Source of the DNA: Octopus sinensis
Taxonomy: Eukaryota
Direction: 5' to 3'
Assembly: GCF_006345805.1 (NCBI RefSeq)
Contig: NC_043010.1
Location: forward strand, 20,522,001-20,586,000
DNA: 64,000 nt
Shown here: positions 49,546-63,385 of the stretch, in pieces
How the letters are laid out: each line of letters opens with the position of its first letter
Position numbering within the stretch: position 1 is the stretch's first letter
The notes under the pieces: model-generated
Seen by the model: only the letters and a program-made list of their open reading frames with translations
Told to the model about the DNA's origin: nothing
Database searches by the model: none
Made by a program: the position numbers and the translations under genes

Positions 49546-50006
49546 CACATATTTAACATATTTATTAGCATTTGCAAACAGAAGAAAAGAGAACGCAATA
49601 CGTTGTCTAGAGTATGTATATGTAAATTATCTTGAAGCTTGAAAAACTTCAAGAATTTCTCTGGGACGTAGACTCTCGAGTGTAATACTTTCCAAGCTTT
49701 CTGGTTTCTGAAGTTCCAGTGTTGAGAATTTAATAGGCTGTTCTAAAAGCACTACTTATGTCACGTGATGTGTGTGTGTAAATGTAAGATCCAAGGATCG
49801 AGGTATAGGAAGAAAGTTAGCTTCAAGCAAACCGTAGAAAGTATGAAAAACAACTTTCAGGGACAATGGTGGTTTATTGAGGCGGAAGTTTGTGGATTTT
49901 GTTTTCCGTGTCGAAGTATGGTAAACTGAAGAAATTCTGATCGAATCGCCCGTGTGTTGACATGCACCTCCTAACGACAGTGTAAGCTTCATTTAATCAA
50001 GATACC

Positions 50007-50102
50007 CTGGGTCTGAAGAGTAGTAGCCTGCGCTTGGATACACCTCGCTTGGATATTTACAATCTCCGAGATACTGCTCGTTATGAAACATATGTAGCCC
50101 GG
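50007..50102 (+). ncRNA. type I HHR motif with long stem-II insert, family O
   Basis: CTGGGT-CTGAAGA-[65 nt]-GAAA-C ATAT G-TA-GCCCGG; palindrome ACATATGT. Confidence 0.6.
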
Positions 50103-50151
50103 ATGTTATCTACTCCATTCCTTAACTCTCGCATATATAATAATAATAATA

Positions 50152-50219
<68 letters not shown>

Positions 50220-50222
<3 letters not shown>

Positions 50223-52655
50223 AAAGAACTGTACAATGATGTTCTGCAACACCCTAGTAGGATGCCTCCTTGGCTAGTTAATGGGTTAACATTCCTGCTT
50301 CCAAAAAGTGAAGAAACAAATGAACCAAAAAACTATAGACCCATAACCTGCTTAACAACTATGTACAAAACTCTAACATCTGTCCTGACGGAATATACCT
50401 ATAGTTTTTTAACAGACAGCAGCATATTCCCTAATGAACAGAAAGGATGTAAACGTGGATCCTACGGCTGTAAAGACCAACTACTCATCAATAAGATGAT
50501 CTTAGAAGATTGTCACAAACGACACAAAAACTTATCAATAGCCTGGATAGACTATAAAAAGGCTTTTGATAGCCTACCACATAGCTGGATTAGGAAATGC
50601 CTTGAAATGTATAAGATAGCACCAACTCTGCGAAACTTCTTGACTGTAAGTATGAGATCATGGAGAACCACACTTCTGAACAGTGACAGTGAATCCCTAA
50701 ATGCTGGTGATGTAAAAATTTCGTGTGGCATTTTCCAGGGTGACTCACTGTCACCACTCCTCTTTTGTTTATCCTTAATACCTCTCTCAAAGCTGCTCAA
50801 TGACGCGCAGTACGGGTATAAAATGTTTGATAAAAATATAAATCATCTCGTTTACATGGATGATTTAAAGCTTTTTTGCAAAAATGATCAACAACTCAAG
50901 GGCTTACTAGCGATAGTCAAACAATTCAGTGACGACATCAGAATGCAATTCGGCCTCGATAAATGTGCAAAGGCTACCTTTATCAAAGGAAAAATGACAG
51001 AAACATCTAACGTTAACCTTGACCAACAGAATGTCATAAAAGACTAGACCCAGCGGAGAGCTACAAGTACCTAGGGGTAATTGAAGGAACGGAATAAGGC
51101 ATTCAGAGATGAAGGAAAGGATCAGGAGAGAATGCTATCGAAGAGTGAGAGCAATACTCAAGACAGAGCTGAATGCAAGAAACAGGATCGAAGCAATCAA
51201 TGCATTAGCTATACCAGTCGTGACTTACAGTTTCAATATTGTTAACTGGTCAATTACTGAAATATGTCAGCTCGACAGAAAAATAAGGAAACTGTTGACA
51301 ATGCATAGAATGCACCACCCTAAGGCAGATACAGAACGACTCTATCTGCCAAGAAAAGAGGGAGGCCGTGGTCTTTTGCAACTGGCAATAACAATGAAGA
51401 TTGCTACAATTGGCCTAGACACCTACCTGAAAAACTCTGAGGACTGGATGTTAAAACTTGTCTCAAAACATGAAACAAGAAAGCATCATACTCAGTCACA
51501 AAACAGGCAAAGGAATATCTAAGTGAATTCCGAATACAACCAATTTCGGAATTAGAGATAGACATACAAGAAACAAGCACAGAAAAAGCTAGGCGCATGA
51601 AAACCCGTGCCAAAACTGCGGCCTTAGATATTCTGAATAATAAATGGCAAGAAAAACCTCTCTACGGCAAATACCCAAAGAGAGCGAATAATGCAGATAT
51701 CGACAAAGCCCTGACCCATCAATGGCTAATGGCCTCTGGCTTAAAATCTGAAACAGAGGGGTTTATCATAGCAGCTCAAGATCAATGCCTACCAACAAGA
51801 AACTACCAGGCCAACATATTAAAGATCAGAAGCAGTCCAACGTGTCGTGTATGCAAGCAACAAAATGAAACCATTGACCATGTGGTCTCCAAGTGCAGTC
51901 TTCTAGCGCCTACAGAGTATCTCAACAGGCACGATAGAGCTGCACAATATATTCACTGGGTAATCTGTAAAAACCTGGATTTGCCCCATGAAAGAAACTG
52001 GTGGGAACACAAACCACCCCCAGTGCTTGAAAATGACCACATCTCACTCCTCTGGAACTTCACCATTCAAACTGACAGGAGATAGATGCAAATAGGCCAG
52101 ACATCATATTGAAAGACTTCAACAAAAAGAACATGCCTCCTCATTGATATGACTGTCCCAATCGATATAAACGTATCTGTCAGGACCCTACCCAAAAACT
52201 GAGCAAATATAAAGATCTTGAAATAGAAATCAGCAAAATGTGGAAGCTGAAGACTAAAACAATACCTGTTGTCATAGGTGCCCTGGGAATGATAGCAAAG
52301 GGCTGATAGCTACTACTAACTCAGATACCAGGAAACCCCAAAATGGCAGAAGTTCAAAAGATAGTGCTCATGGGAACTGCTCATATCCTACGCAAAATAC
52401 TCTCTATGTAACCTCAAGGTTTAAAACAACCATAATTTTCGGTTTAAAGAGGAAGGGGGAAAAAAAAAAAAAAAGAAAAAGGAAAAAAAAACCCATTTTT
52501 TTTTTTAAACATTCATTAGTACAACATCCCCACCCCCCAAATATATGGCACACTAGGCATAACAACAACATGAACTTCCAACCCTGTTGTCTCTTGAGGT
52601 CTCTGGGTGAGACTTGGAGCCAACTTGTACAAATATAAAGCAAAAGTCAAACATA

Positions 52656-52660
<5 letters not shown>
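50220..52660 (+). pseudogene. R4/Dong-type REL LINE, 5'-truncated, with RT, CCHC and REL domains
   Basis: NYRPITCL…WIDYKKAFDS…GIFQGDSLSP…YMDDLK…CRVCKQQNETIDHVVSKC…RPDII…LIDMTVP; several frameshifts; (TAA)n at both ends. Confidence 0.95.
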
Positions 52661-52688
<28 letters not shown>

Positions 52689-52707
52689 TAATTAATAATA
52701 ATAATAA

Positions 52708-52787
<80 letters not shown>

Positions 52788-53251
52788 CACACACATATAT
52801 GCATATATAATTACAGGACGTCACTAACTGGGCAAACATGAAATACGTAAACAAACGAGTTAAGTACGCAAACAACGAGAGAAAAACATGGAAAGCTGGA
52901 CAAGTAAACACAGAGAAGCGACCCTTCATCAGTTGTCGGCTGTTTATCTACTTCTCATTTCGAGCATTCAACGACTATATGAGTCTTCAAAGACAGTTGC
53001 TCCCATAAATTCTAGAATAAAATTTAGGATTTATGGAGGGTCAAAGTAGGGAACAAAAACAGGACAGTGGAGACAAACAAGGAAACCGAACGAAAATAAA
53101 CATGGAGGGTCGTTAGATCAGAACGAGAGGAAAATAATGAACGCTGGGAGAAATATTTTCTTTAAAAAGAGAAAAGATTTGTATGTATGTATGTATGTAT
53201 GTATGTATGTATGTATGTATGTATGTATTATTGTATGTATGTATATGCGTA

Positions 53252-53287
<36 letters not shown>

Positions 53288-53329
53288 TTATATACCTATG
53301 TATACACAAACACAAAAAACTATATATAC

Positions 53330-53650
53330 ACTAGCACTCCGTCGGTATCGACGACGAGTGTTCCAGTCGATCCAATCAATGGAACAGCCTGCTCCCGAAA
53401 TTAAGGTGCAAGTGGCTGAATACTCCACAGACTCACACACCTTTAATCTAGTTCTTAGGGACATTCAGCGTGACACAATATGACAAGGCCGGCCCTTTGA
53501 AATACAAGTACAACACGTTTTTTGCCAGCTGAGTGGACTGGGAGCAACTTGAAACAAAGTTGTTCAAGGACACAACGCGTCACATTGGATCGAACTCACA
53601 AGTCTTACGACTCTGAGCCACATACGCTAACCACTAAGCCACGCGCCTTC
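53330..53650 (-). mobile_element. tRNA-derived SINE family S4
   Basis: Head AAGGCGCGTGGCTTAGTGGTTAG…GAGTTCGATCC. Sister copy at 63398-63715; related element at 60640-60920. Confidence 0.8.
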
Positions 53651-53734
53651 ACCTAACACTGAAATGTGAAAGCATTTATACGTATTAGAATATATATGCA
53701 TGCAGTTATTGACGCACACATACATACATGTATT

Positions 53735-53776
<42 letters not shown>

Positions 53777-53864
53777 TGCGCGAGGGCGCGTATGTCTGTA
53801 TTCACATGCACACACATGTATATTTTGGCCGCAGTCGAATGACTGAAACAATTAAAAGATAAAA

Positions 53865-54690
53865 GATACACACACACATATACATACATACATACATACA
53901 TACATAATACACACACACATATATATATATACATACATACATGCATACATACATACATACATACATGCATGCATGCATGCATACATACACACATATATAT
54001 ATACATACATACATACATGCATACATACATACATACATGCATACATACATGCATACATACATACATACATGCATACATACATGCATACATGCATACATAC
54101 ATGCATACATACATACATACACACACACACATATATATACATACATGCATACACACACACATATACATACATACATACATACATGTATACATACACACAT
54201 ACACACACGCACACATATATATACATACATGCATACATACATACATATATACATACATGCATACATACATACATACATACATGCATGCATGCATGCATAC
54301 ATACATACATACATGCATACGTACATACATACATGCATGCATACATACATACACACATACATACGTACATACATACATACATACATACATACATACATAC
54401 ATACATACATACGTACATACATGCATACATACACACATACATACGTACATACATACATACATACATACATACATACGTACGTACATACATACATACATAC
54501 ATACATACATACATACACACATACATACGTACATACATACATACATACATACATACATACGTACATACGTACGTACATACATACATACATACATACATAC
54601 ATACATACATACATACATACATGCATACATACATACACACACATACATACATACATACATACATACATACATACATACATACATACATGC
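53865..54690. repeat. long compound (ATAC)n microsatellite
   Basis: ~830 bp of ATAC with ATGC, GTAC and ACAC variants. Confidence 0.95.
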
Positions 54691-54900
54691 ATATAAGCAA
54701 AAATACCTTGTTGCTCATGTTGAAATTCCAATGAAGGAGCCTTGATTCTAGGTTAGAAACCGATTCTTTCTCTTTTGGCAAGAAATCTTGAAATAAAACT
54801 GAACAAGCATACATACATGTATTTATGTGTTGTGTCCGCGCGCGCGTATGTGTGTCGGTACATGCACGCACACACACACAAACAAACACACACACACACT

Positions 54901-54931
<31 letters not shown>

Positions 54932-56309
54932 ACACATGGATATTTTGGCTGCAATCCAATGACTGAAATAATCAAACGATAAAATATAAATACATACATA
55001 CAGACACAGAAACACATACACATCTTTACTATGGCTCTTCATATAAAAATAACCCTCTTAATTAATTGATTAAATGCAGATATAAGACTGTTTTTGTTTC
55101 AAACAAATTTGGAATCCAAACAGAACAATATTTGTTGGAAGACAGAATCTAAAATCCTTCTTAAGAACAACCTCCCTATAAGAATGGTCGCTCTTTCTGG
55201 GTCGCGTGCTCTCGTCACGCTCTATTTCATGTTACCAATCTTCTGAGAACTTGTAGTTTTTCTGCTACGTCAACAGTTCAGCTTCACTTAGAAGCCGCTT
55301 ATAGTTAAATGTATATAAATATATATTAATGTAGTTGGAATCGAGCGTGGAAATATAATGAATACAAATGAAGTTATTATTAGTTGCTTATAAGGCAGCG
55401 AGCTCGCAGAAACGTTAATAGGGCCGATAAATTGGCAAGTAGCTTTTCGTCCGTCTTGATGTTCTGAGTTCAAATTCCAGCGAGCGCGCACTACACGTCT
55501 GAATTCTTGACGTAACACACACACACGTGGTCCACTCAAGTTGTTATATAATATACAAATTCATTTATCATTAGTTGTTTATAAGGCGGCGTGCCGACTC
55601 ATTAACATGCCGGACAAAATTGCTTACCCCTTCCCCGAAATTGTTGGCCGTGTGCCAAAATTTGAAATCTGGATACATACATACATACATACATACATAC
55701 ATACATACATACATACATACATACATCATTTAACGGTGGCTGTCCATTCATAACCGTCGGGAGACCGTCACTGACCATTGGCCATTCAAAATGTCAGCAA
55801 TGCCTGTGAATAAGTCTATTACAACCCCAGTTTCCATGCTTGCTGCGGTACCCGCTTATTCGATTGGGTATCGGAAGTTTCCTCGCCGGGGATTGCACAA
55901 CCTAAAATTTTAGGTTGTGCAATAAGACTTGCACAGAACTCCACAGACAGTCTCTGCACACTTATGACATAATCCACAAACAAACCAGGGCAAGATATCC
56001 GGCGCCAATACGGATCGTAAACTCAGCAACGTGAGAGCGCTATGATCTCAAGCGCGAGCCAAAGATCTTCAAAATATCCAATTCCATTCCCTGGGTTTCT
56101 GGTTTTATATCAGATTGACCTTCTCCTAGCGATATGCTTAACAAAAGCTGAAGTATGCCTCACCCCCAGTGGTCTTCCATAACGCCTAACACCAACACAG
56201 AATTTCTGAGAGCCCGTACTATTTGTAGATACATACATACATGCATATGTATGTATGTATGTATGTATGATGTATGTATGTATGTATGTATGTATGTATG
56301 TATGTATGT

Positions 56310-57670
56310 ATGTATGTGCAGATTTGTATGTTTTATGTATGTATTCTTATGCATATAGTTACATATTTAGACATGCCCATATATATTTAAATGATAAACT
56401 TCTGGAAAGTTTTATAGATCTTTACAGTTCCAGTGATGGATTGGATCTGTAGTCTTCGAATTAGTTTTCTCCTTTCTAGTTTTGAGAAGCCTAATTTCTC
56501 AAGATTGGTATTTAGGCAGTGTGGTATATATCCCAGGGCCCCAATATTTACAGGTATGCGACTTCTCTGGGCATGTATTATAGGTTATTAAACAAAGAGT
56601 GTTGCTAAAGGAGCTGCCTTCCAAGTCTTATGATGTTATCGGCCTCATGTATGCAAACTTGCTCAAGGGATGCACTTCGACTCTTGGTGGTTAAAAAATG
56701 TTGTCGAAGGGACATGATGCGACATTCAAAGGCATTTTGTTAAGCCTCTGCTGCCTTGTCTTCGTTTTAGGTAGAGGCGGTCTACGCCATTGTTTACGTG
56801 GAAATTATGTGCTTGTTGGTATTTTTCGGGTTTTCACATCAATGGCTTGGATTTCATCAAGCGTTCAATCAAGCAGCCCAAATGTTGGTATGAGTACTGG
56901 CACTGAAAACACATTGTGGGCCACTGTTTTATTGAAGCAGAGAGTTCTTAGGTCCAACTTTGCTTTATTCAGCTGTAATGTTTTCATCCACCCCTAGATA
57001 CCTGTAACATTCCTCATCAGATACAGGAGAAACAGTCAAATCATTGATGAAGATGTTTCTACTCTGGTAAACAGTTTTCCCTACTTTCACCACCATATCA
57101 CAACATTTATCCTGACCAAACTCCAACCCTACATTCTTTGAGAATGTTGTAACTAGGACAAGTCACTTTTTCATCTCGTACATATTCTTTGCATAAAGTT
57201 TTAAGTCATCCACAAAGAAATAGTATGTAATTTTGGTATTTCTGTTTCCTTCTGAACCAGTGAGATATCCTTCAGACTTCCTTAACATGAATGACAAGGG
57301 GTTTACAGAAAGTATAAGCAACATCACAGGGAGGCTGTCTCCTTGGAATATGCCTCTGCGATACTGTATTCTATCAGTGATAATACAACCACTCCTATTT
57401 AACTTCAAGATGGTGGCCCACGATGAAGTCAGGTCAGCTATGGCTTTGACTATTTTTACTGGAACTTTAGCAAGTTGAAGGGATTCTAGCATCCATGAGT
57501 AGGGAACAGAGTAAAAAGCCTTTCTTGTAGTCTAGTCACATTCAAACTCGATTCCTCCTCTGCTCTTGCACCTCTCACATCACAGTTTTGCTGATTAATA
57601 ATTGCTCGGCATCTCCCCAGACTCCGTTCTTCTTAGCTGCTTGTTGTATGCATGTATGTCTCTTCCGTTT
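56310..57670 (-). pseudogene. R4-type REL LINE remnant (same family as 48265)
   Basis: EQLLI…DYKK…SWMLESL…GIFQGDSL…FVDDLKLYA, and the same LEKLGFSK C-terminus running into (ATAC)n. Confidence 0.85.
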
Positions 57671-58672
57671 TTAATCACTGAAATTCTTCCTCTGAAGAAG
57701 ACGAAGCTGGTTCCTAACAAAGATACAAAGCCCCATCTTTGGAATGTAGATAGCGAAAACAATGTCACATTTTAAACCTGAGAAAAAGTCTTGCATAGTT
57801 TTACTGTTCCGCTTACAGACTGTATTTGTAATGTGCGAATCAGTCTGTTGATTTCCTTTTCTGATATGTATGTATGCATACAAGTCAATGACTGGATGTA
57901 TTAAAGCTGTGATTAATGCCAAACGCGGTCTAACTCCGTATTAAATAATAAAATTTCCATTTAGCAAGGTGTTTCCATTATTTTGTCCAAACCCTGTACA
58001 CACACACACATACGCACATACACACGCACACACACATGCACATACTCAAACATACATACACATACACACATGCATACATATGCGTTTTAGACACGAATGC
58101 ACATGCAGCATACACATGTATGTGCAAGTAAGTATATCATTGTAGATTCAAACCATTTTGGTCGTCAATGAAAGCCACAAGACTTGTTGGTCCAATGTTG
58201 GCTCCGTTGCCAACGCTGGGTGGAAGATGGAGGGTGGGTGGGGTATGGAATGGCGGTTGGAGTGGGGGGACGATGGGAAGCGGGTGGCGAAAATAGTGTT
58301 TGTTCATAAATAGCGCTGATAGAAACAAACTGAATTGTAAGGCAAAATACTATACGAGGAGGAAAAGGAGGAGGAAGTGGAGGAAGAAGAAGAAAAAGAA
58401 GAGGAGAACAAGAACAACAACAACAACAACAACGATATTATTGCTGATGTTGTTTTCTTTCAAGTTAGCCATTGAAAGCAGGTGATATGGGGCAAAAAAA
58501 TAAATAATAAATAAATAAATAAAAAAATAAAAAATATATATATGAAATAATAATCGATATACAACATGAACCATTGCTAGGTGGGCTGTTTCGCTGTTTT
58601 CATTTTTGTTTTTTTCTATACCTTGTTCTTTGCCTTTAACGATTTATACTACTACTACTACTGCTACTACTG

Positions 58673-58726
<54 letters not shown>

Positions 58727-60945
58727 ACACGCTCTATAATGGATTGGTAAAAATCGGTAGACGACGGGTTTCATAGACGTGTCTTTGCATAGAGTTTGTT
58801 CTCTTTGCGTTCGTTCTGAGTTCGAGTTCGAATTGCATCAAAGCCGACTCAGCCGCTGTTCTTTTCCAGATGGAGATCGATGAAACCAAAATACCGATTA
58901 AATGTTGGAATCGTTTGGAATTACGTGTTACCTTCAAACCCAGAATTTTGTGGCTTTGTACCGAAGTTAGAAACGGTTGCTGTTGTTGTACTTGTTGTTT
59001 TAGCCCAAGGTAAGCCAGCCCTAATGGAATAGATCTGCGATGATAGCCGTTCCAGTCGTGACTGTTCCGTCTTTGTGTATATCTATGACAGCATTGTTTA
59101 ATATGTTCGTTTTGTTCTTTTAAATTTTGGAAATGGTATGACTGTGAATTGGGAGGGATTCGGCTGTTGTTTAATCCCAGCATTGATCCAGCAGACCTAT
59201 GATTAACGACGTTCCATCCGTGACTATCCTGTAATTTATCATGGATTACGTTAACTTATGTGCCTAAGGTTACAAGATTGGGCTTACAGGATTACTTTGC
59301 AGGACCACATCCTTTCTGGTTTGCTTAAGCAGGAGGAATACCTATTTAATATTTCAAATTTTGAAACTTAATGGAAAATATTCTTTTCTACTCTCGGCAC
59401 AAGGCCCGAAATTTTTGGGGAGGGGCCCAGTCGATTAGATCGACCCCAGTACACAACTTGTACTTAGTTAATCAACCACGGAAGGATGAAAGGTAAAGTC
59501 GACCTCGGCTGAATTTGAACTCACAACGTATAGACAGACGAAATACCTATTTCTATTTCTTTACTACCCACAAGGGGCTAAACATAGAGAGGACAAACAA
59601 GGACAGACAAACGGATTAAGTCGATTATATCGACCCCAGTGCGTAACTGGTACTTATTTAATCGATCCCGAAAGGATGAAAGGCAAAGTAGACCTCGGCG
59701 GAATTTGAACTCAGAACGTAGCGGCAGACGAAATACCTATTTCTTTACTACCCACAAGGGGCTAAACACAGAGAGGACAAACGAGGACAGACAAACGGAT
59801 TAAGTCGATTATATCGACCCCAGTACGTAACTGGTACTTATTTAATCGATCCCGAAAGGATGAAAGGCAAAGTCGACCACGGCGGAATTTGAACTCAGAA
59901 TGTAGCGGCAGACGAAATACTGCAAGGCATTTCGCCCGGCGTGCTAACGATCCTGCCTACTGACCGTCTTACTTAAGACGGCCAGCAGGTAGGATCAAAT
60001 TACCAACCAATTAGCAGTAATCTGTTAACAAGGAGCTTGCTTCCTAACCACATGGTTTCAGGTTCGGTCCCACTGCGTGGCAAATTGGGCAAGTGTCTTC
60101 TGCTATAGTCTCCAGGCTAGTGAGTGGATTTGGTAGACAGTAACTGAAAGAAGCCCGTCGTATATGTGTGCGCCTTTGTGTCTGGGTTTGTCCCCCACTA
60201 CCGCTTGACAACCGGCGTTGGTGTGTTTACATCCCTGTAGCTTAGTGGTTGGGCTAAAAGATCGACAGAACAAGTACCAAGCTTAAAAAAAAATAAATCC
60301 TGGGATCAATTCATTCGACTAAAAATTCTTCAAGACTGTGCCCCAGTAGGGCCGCAGTCGACGCAGCAGAAAAGTCACCCATACTGTACACGGCCATTGT
60401 TGTGGCAAATCTTACCGGTGTCTTCATGTAGCGAATTTTTCATGTAGTAATATTCCACTGTCTTTTTTGTTTACCAATCGTGGTTTGGAACCGTGCTCAC
60501 CACACTGTACGTTTGCTGTTAAAATGTTTGGGTACCTACAAAATGAAGGGAGATTTTTGTCGCACCCTGGGTATGTCGTATGTATGTATGTATGTATGTA
60601 TGTATGTATGTATGTATGTATGTATGTTTGTTTGTTTGTTCCTTTTTGAGCCATAAGGGCCGGTTTCCCGGTTTCCTTGGTGTATAGGTTCCCCACCTCG
60701 ACGGGACGCCGGTTCGTCGCAGGTAAGCTGCAAGATGCAGGCGGAAAGAGTGACAGAAAGTTGTGGCGAAAGAGTCAGCAGAAGTTTGCCATTACCTTCT
60801 GCCGGAGCCGCGTGGAGCTTACGTGTTTTGCTCATAAACACACACATCTCTCGGTTTGAGATTCGAACCCGCGATCCCTCGACCGCGAGTCCGCTGCTCT
60901 AACCACTAGGCGATGTGCCTCCACATGTACGAATGTATATATATA

Positions 60946-60984
<39 letters not shown>

Positions 60985-61442
60985 TAAATCCAAAAAGTGG
61001 AACAAGAATGTAACGGACGACAAGGAAAACATACGGACAGATGGACGATACAAAGATGGACAAGAAAAAAAGGACGGGACATTCGTTAGTCAAGCTTCCA
61101 ATCCTCGTTACAGTTTCGGCCTGTTACACTTGGGACTGTTCAAAAGTCTATGCCTCAAAAATCTAAGCTAAGGCATTAAATTTTTGGAAGAAACCGAGCA
61201 AATATCTGCGACAACACGGACCAAGAAAAATTTAAATAAATAAATAACGTGAAAACGGAGAAAGTGTTACAGGATCACAAATACAAACAAGAATAACAAC
61301 AGGTGTCTTTCGACTAAAGGGACAAGTTATGTTAAGCTGGCGTGTGAAGAGGAAGCCTTACGGCAACAAACATAGATGAAAGTCAGGAGACGGGAAAATA
61401 AGGTGCTGTGTGAATGTATGTATGTATGTATGTATGTATGTA

Positions 61443-61795
61443 TTCTTCCTCTGAAGAAGACGAAGCTGGTTTCTAACAAAGATACAAAGCCCCATCTTTG
61501 GAATGTAGATAGCGAAAACAATGTCGCATTTTAAACCTGAGAAAAAGTCTTGCATAGTTTTACTGTTTCGCTTACAAATTGTATTTCTTTCTCTGAAAAT
61601 CCAAGCTCATCCAGATTGACAGATGGGCATTTACTTACAAAACCAAGTGTTCCAATTGTTATTGGTATAAAGGTAAAATTTCGAAGCATTTGTCCATAGT
61701 TACGTTCTTTCTCTTTGATTTTCAGACAGATATTCACGTCAACAGGACAGCTGACTCCTTTCATGGAACATACATTTCTTATCAGTCTCAAACAA
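61443..61795 (-). mobile_element. R4-type REL LINE 3' end flanked on both sides by (ATAC)n
   Basis: VSCPVDVNI…KEK…YG…FIPITIGTLG…TVKLCKTF plus 3' UTR. Related 3' ends at 57675-57870 (-) and 40975-41150 (+). Confidence 0.75.
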
Positions 61796-61969
61796 TGTAT
61801 GTATGTACGTATGTATGTATGTATGTATGTATGTATGTATGTATGTATGTATGTATGTATGTATGTATGTATTTATGTATGTATGTATGTATGTATGTAT
61901 GTATGTATATATATATATGTGTGTGTGTATGTATGTATGTATGTATGTATGTTTGTATGTATGTATGTA

Positions 61970-62000
<31 letters not shown>

Positions 62001-62044
62001 ATGTACGTATGTATGTATAAATGTATGTATGCATTCATGTATGC

Positions 62045-62084
<40 letters not shown>

Positions 62085-62351
62085 TATATATATATAATAT
62101 ATATATATATATATTATTCTTTTATTCTTTTACTTGTTTCAGTCATGTTACCGCGGCCATGCTGGAGCACCACCTTTAGTCGAACAAATCGACCTCAGGA
62201 CTTATTCTTTGTTAGCCTAGTACTTATTCTATCGGTGACTTTTGCTGAACCGCTAAGTTACGGGGAAGTAAACACACCACGATCGATTGTCAAGCGATGT
62301 TGGGAGGGACAAACACGCGCACGCACGCACACACACACACACACACTCACA

Positions 62352-62392
<41 letters not shown>

Positions 62393-62622
62393 GTATATGT
62401 ATGTACCATTGATCGAAAGATGGTAGATAGATATATAATGGGTTTCCGCACAGTTTCCGTTCACCACATTCACTCACAAGGCATTTGTCGGATCGGGGAT
62501 ATAGAAGACATTTGCCTTCGCTGCTGAACCCAAATCCACGTTGCTGCAAAACGAAATTTTTTACTATACAGACATGCTTGCACAGAAACATTCGAGAATA
62601 CATACATATTATATATATAATA

Positions 62623-62670
<48 letters not shown>

Positions 62671-62895
62671 TAATAATAATATAATAATAATAATAATAAT
62701 AATTTAAACAAATAAGTATAATTTGACGAGTGTGTGTTTAAATGTTGAGCAGATCACCGGCACAGTTCAGGTTGCCTGTTGTCATCCACAGTCGTGGTAT
62801 ACTTCTGCTAGAGTTTACTTCAGGAATTCCGCAGTGGCGGTTAGGATAATACTATTAATTAACAGGAACTGGATTCGGTACTAAACCTTTATTGG

Positions 62896-62940
62896 GTACA
62901 AGATATGTTTCGACCCATCATTCTGAGTCTCCTCAGGTAC
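62896..62940 (-). ncRNA. type I HHR motif, family J (one stem-III mismatch)
   Basis: Minus: GTAC-CTGAGGA-GAC(TCAGAATGATGG)GTC-GAAA-C ATAT C-TT-GTAC. Confidence 0.65.
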
Positions 62941-63011
62941 ATTGATAAGGATGTCTCACCAGAGATTTTTGATGTCAGCTGGCTTGTTGTTACATGTCCA
63001 TCAAGTTGGGG

Positions 63012-63099
<88 letters not shown>

Positions 63100-63331
63100 C
63101 ACACAAACAAACACACACACACACACATAGTTGAAATTTACAGATAAAATAAGACGAAGACAGGTGTATAAACAAGAAGCAAGTGTATTAGTTTAACGCT
63201 CGGGAAGATGTGAAAGTCTTTTACGTTTCGAGCCTACGCTCTTTAACAGAAAGGTACACGACGAAATAAATAGAGAGAAAAAGAAGTCGTGGATATGCTT
63301 TCTCTCCAAGAATTTGAACTGCAGTTTTTAC

Positions 63332-63385
<54 letters not shown>

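Noticed and set aside
53734-55042. Long ORFs (250-396 aa) of YVCM/HTYI repeats, and similar ORFs throughout the window
   Set aside because: They are translations of (ATAC)n, (TA)n and (CA)n tracts that are open in several frames at once.
60850-60920. tRNA gene (also the heads at 110-173 and 31505-31570)
   Set aside because: No complete acceptor stem, and the head continues directly into a repeated SINE body.
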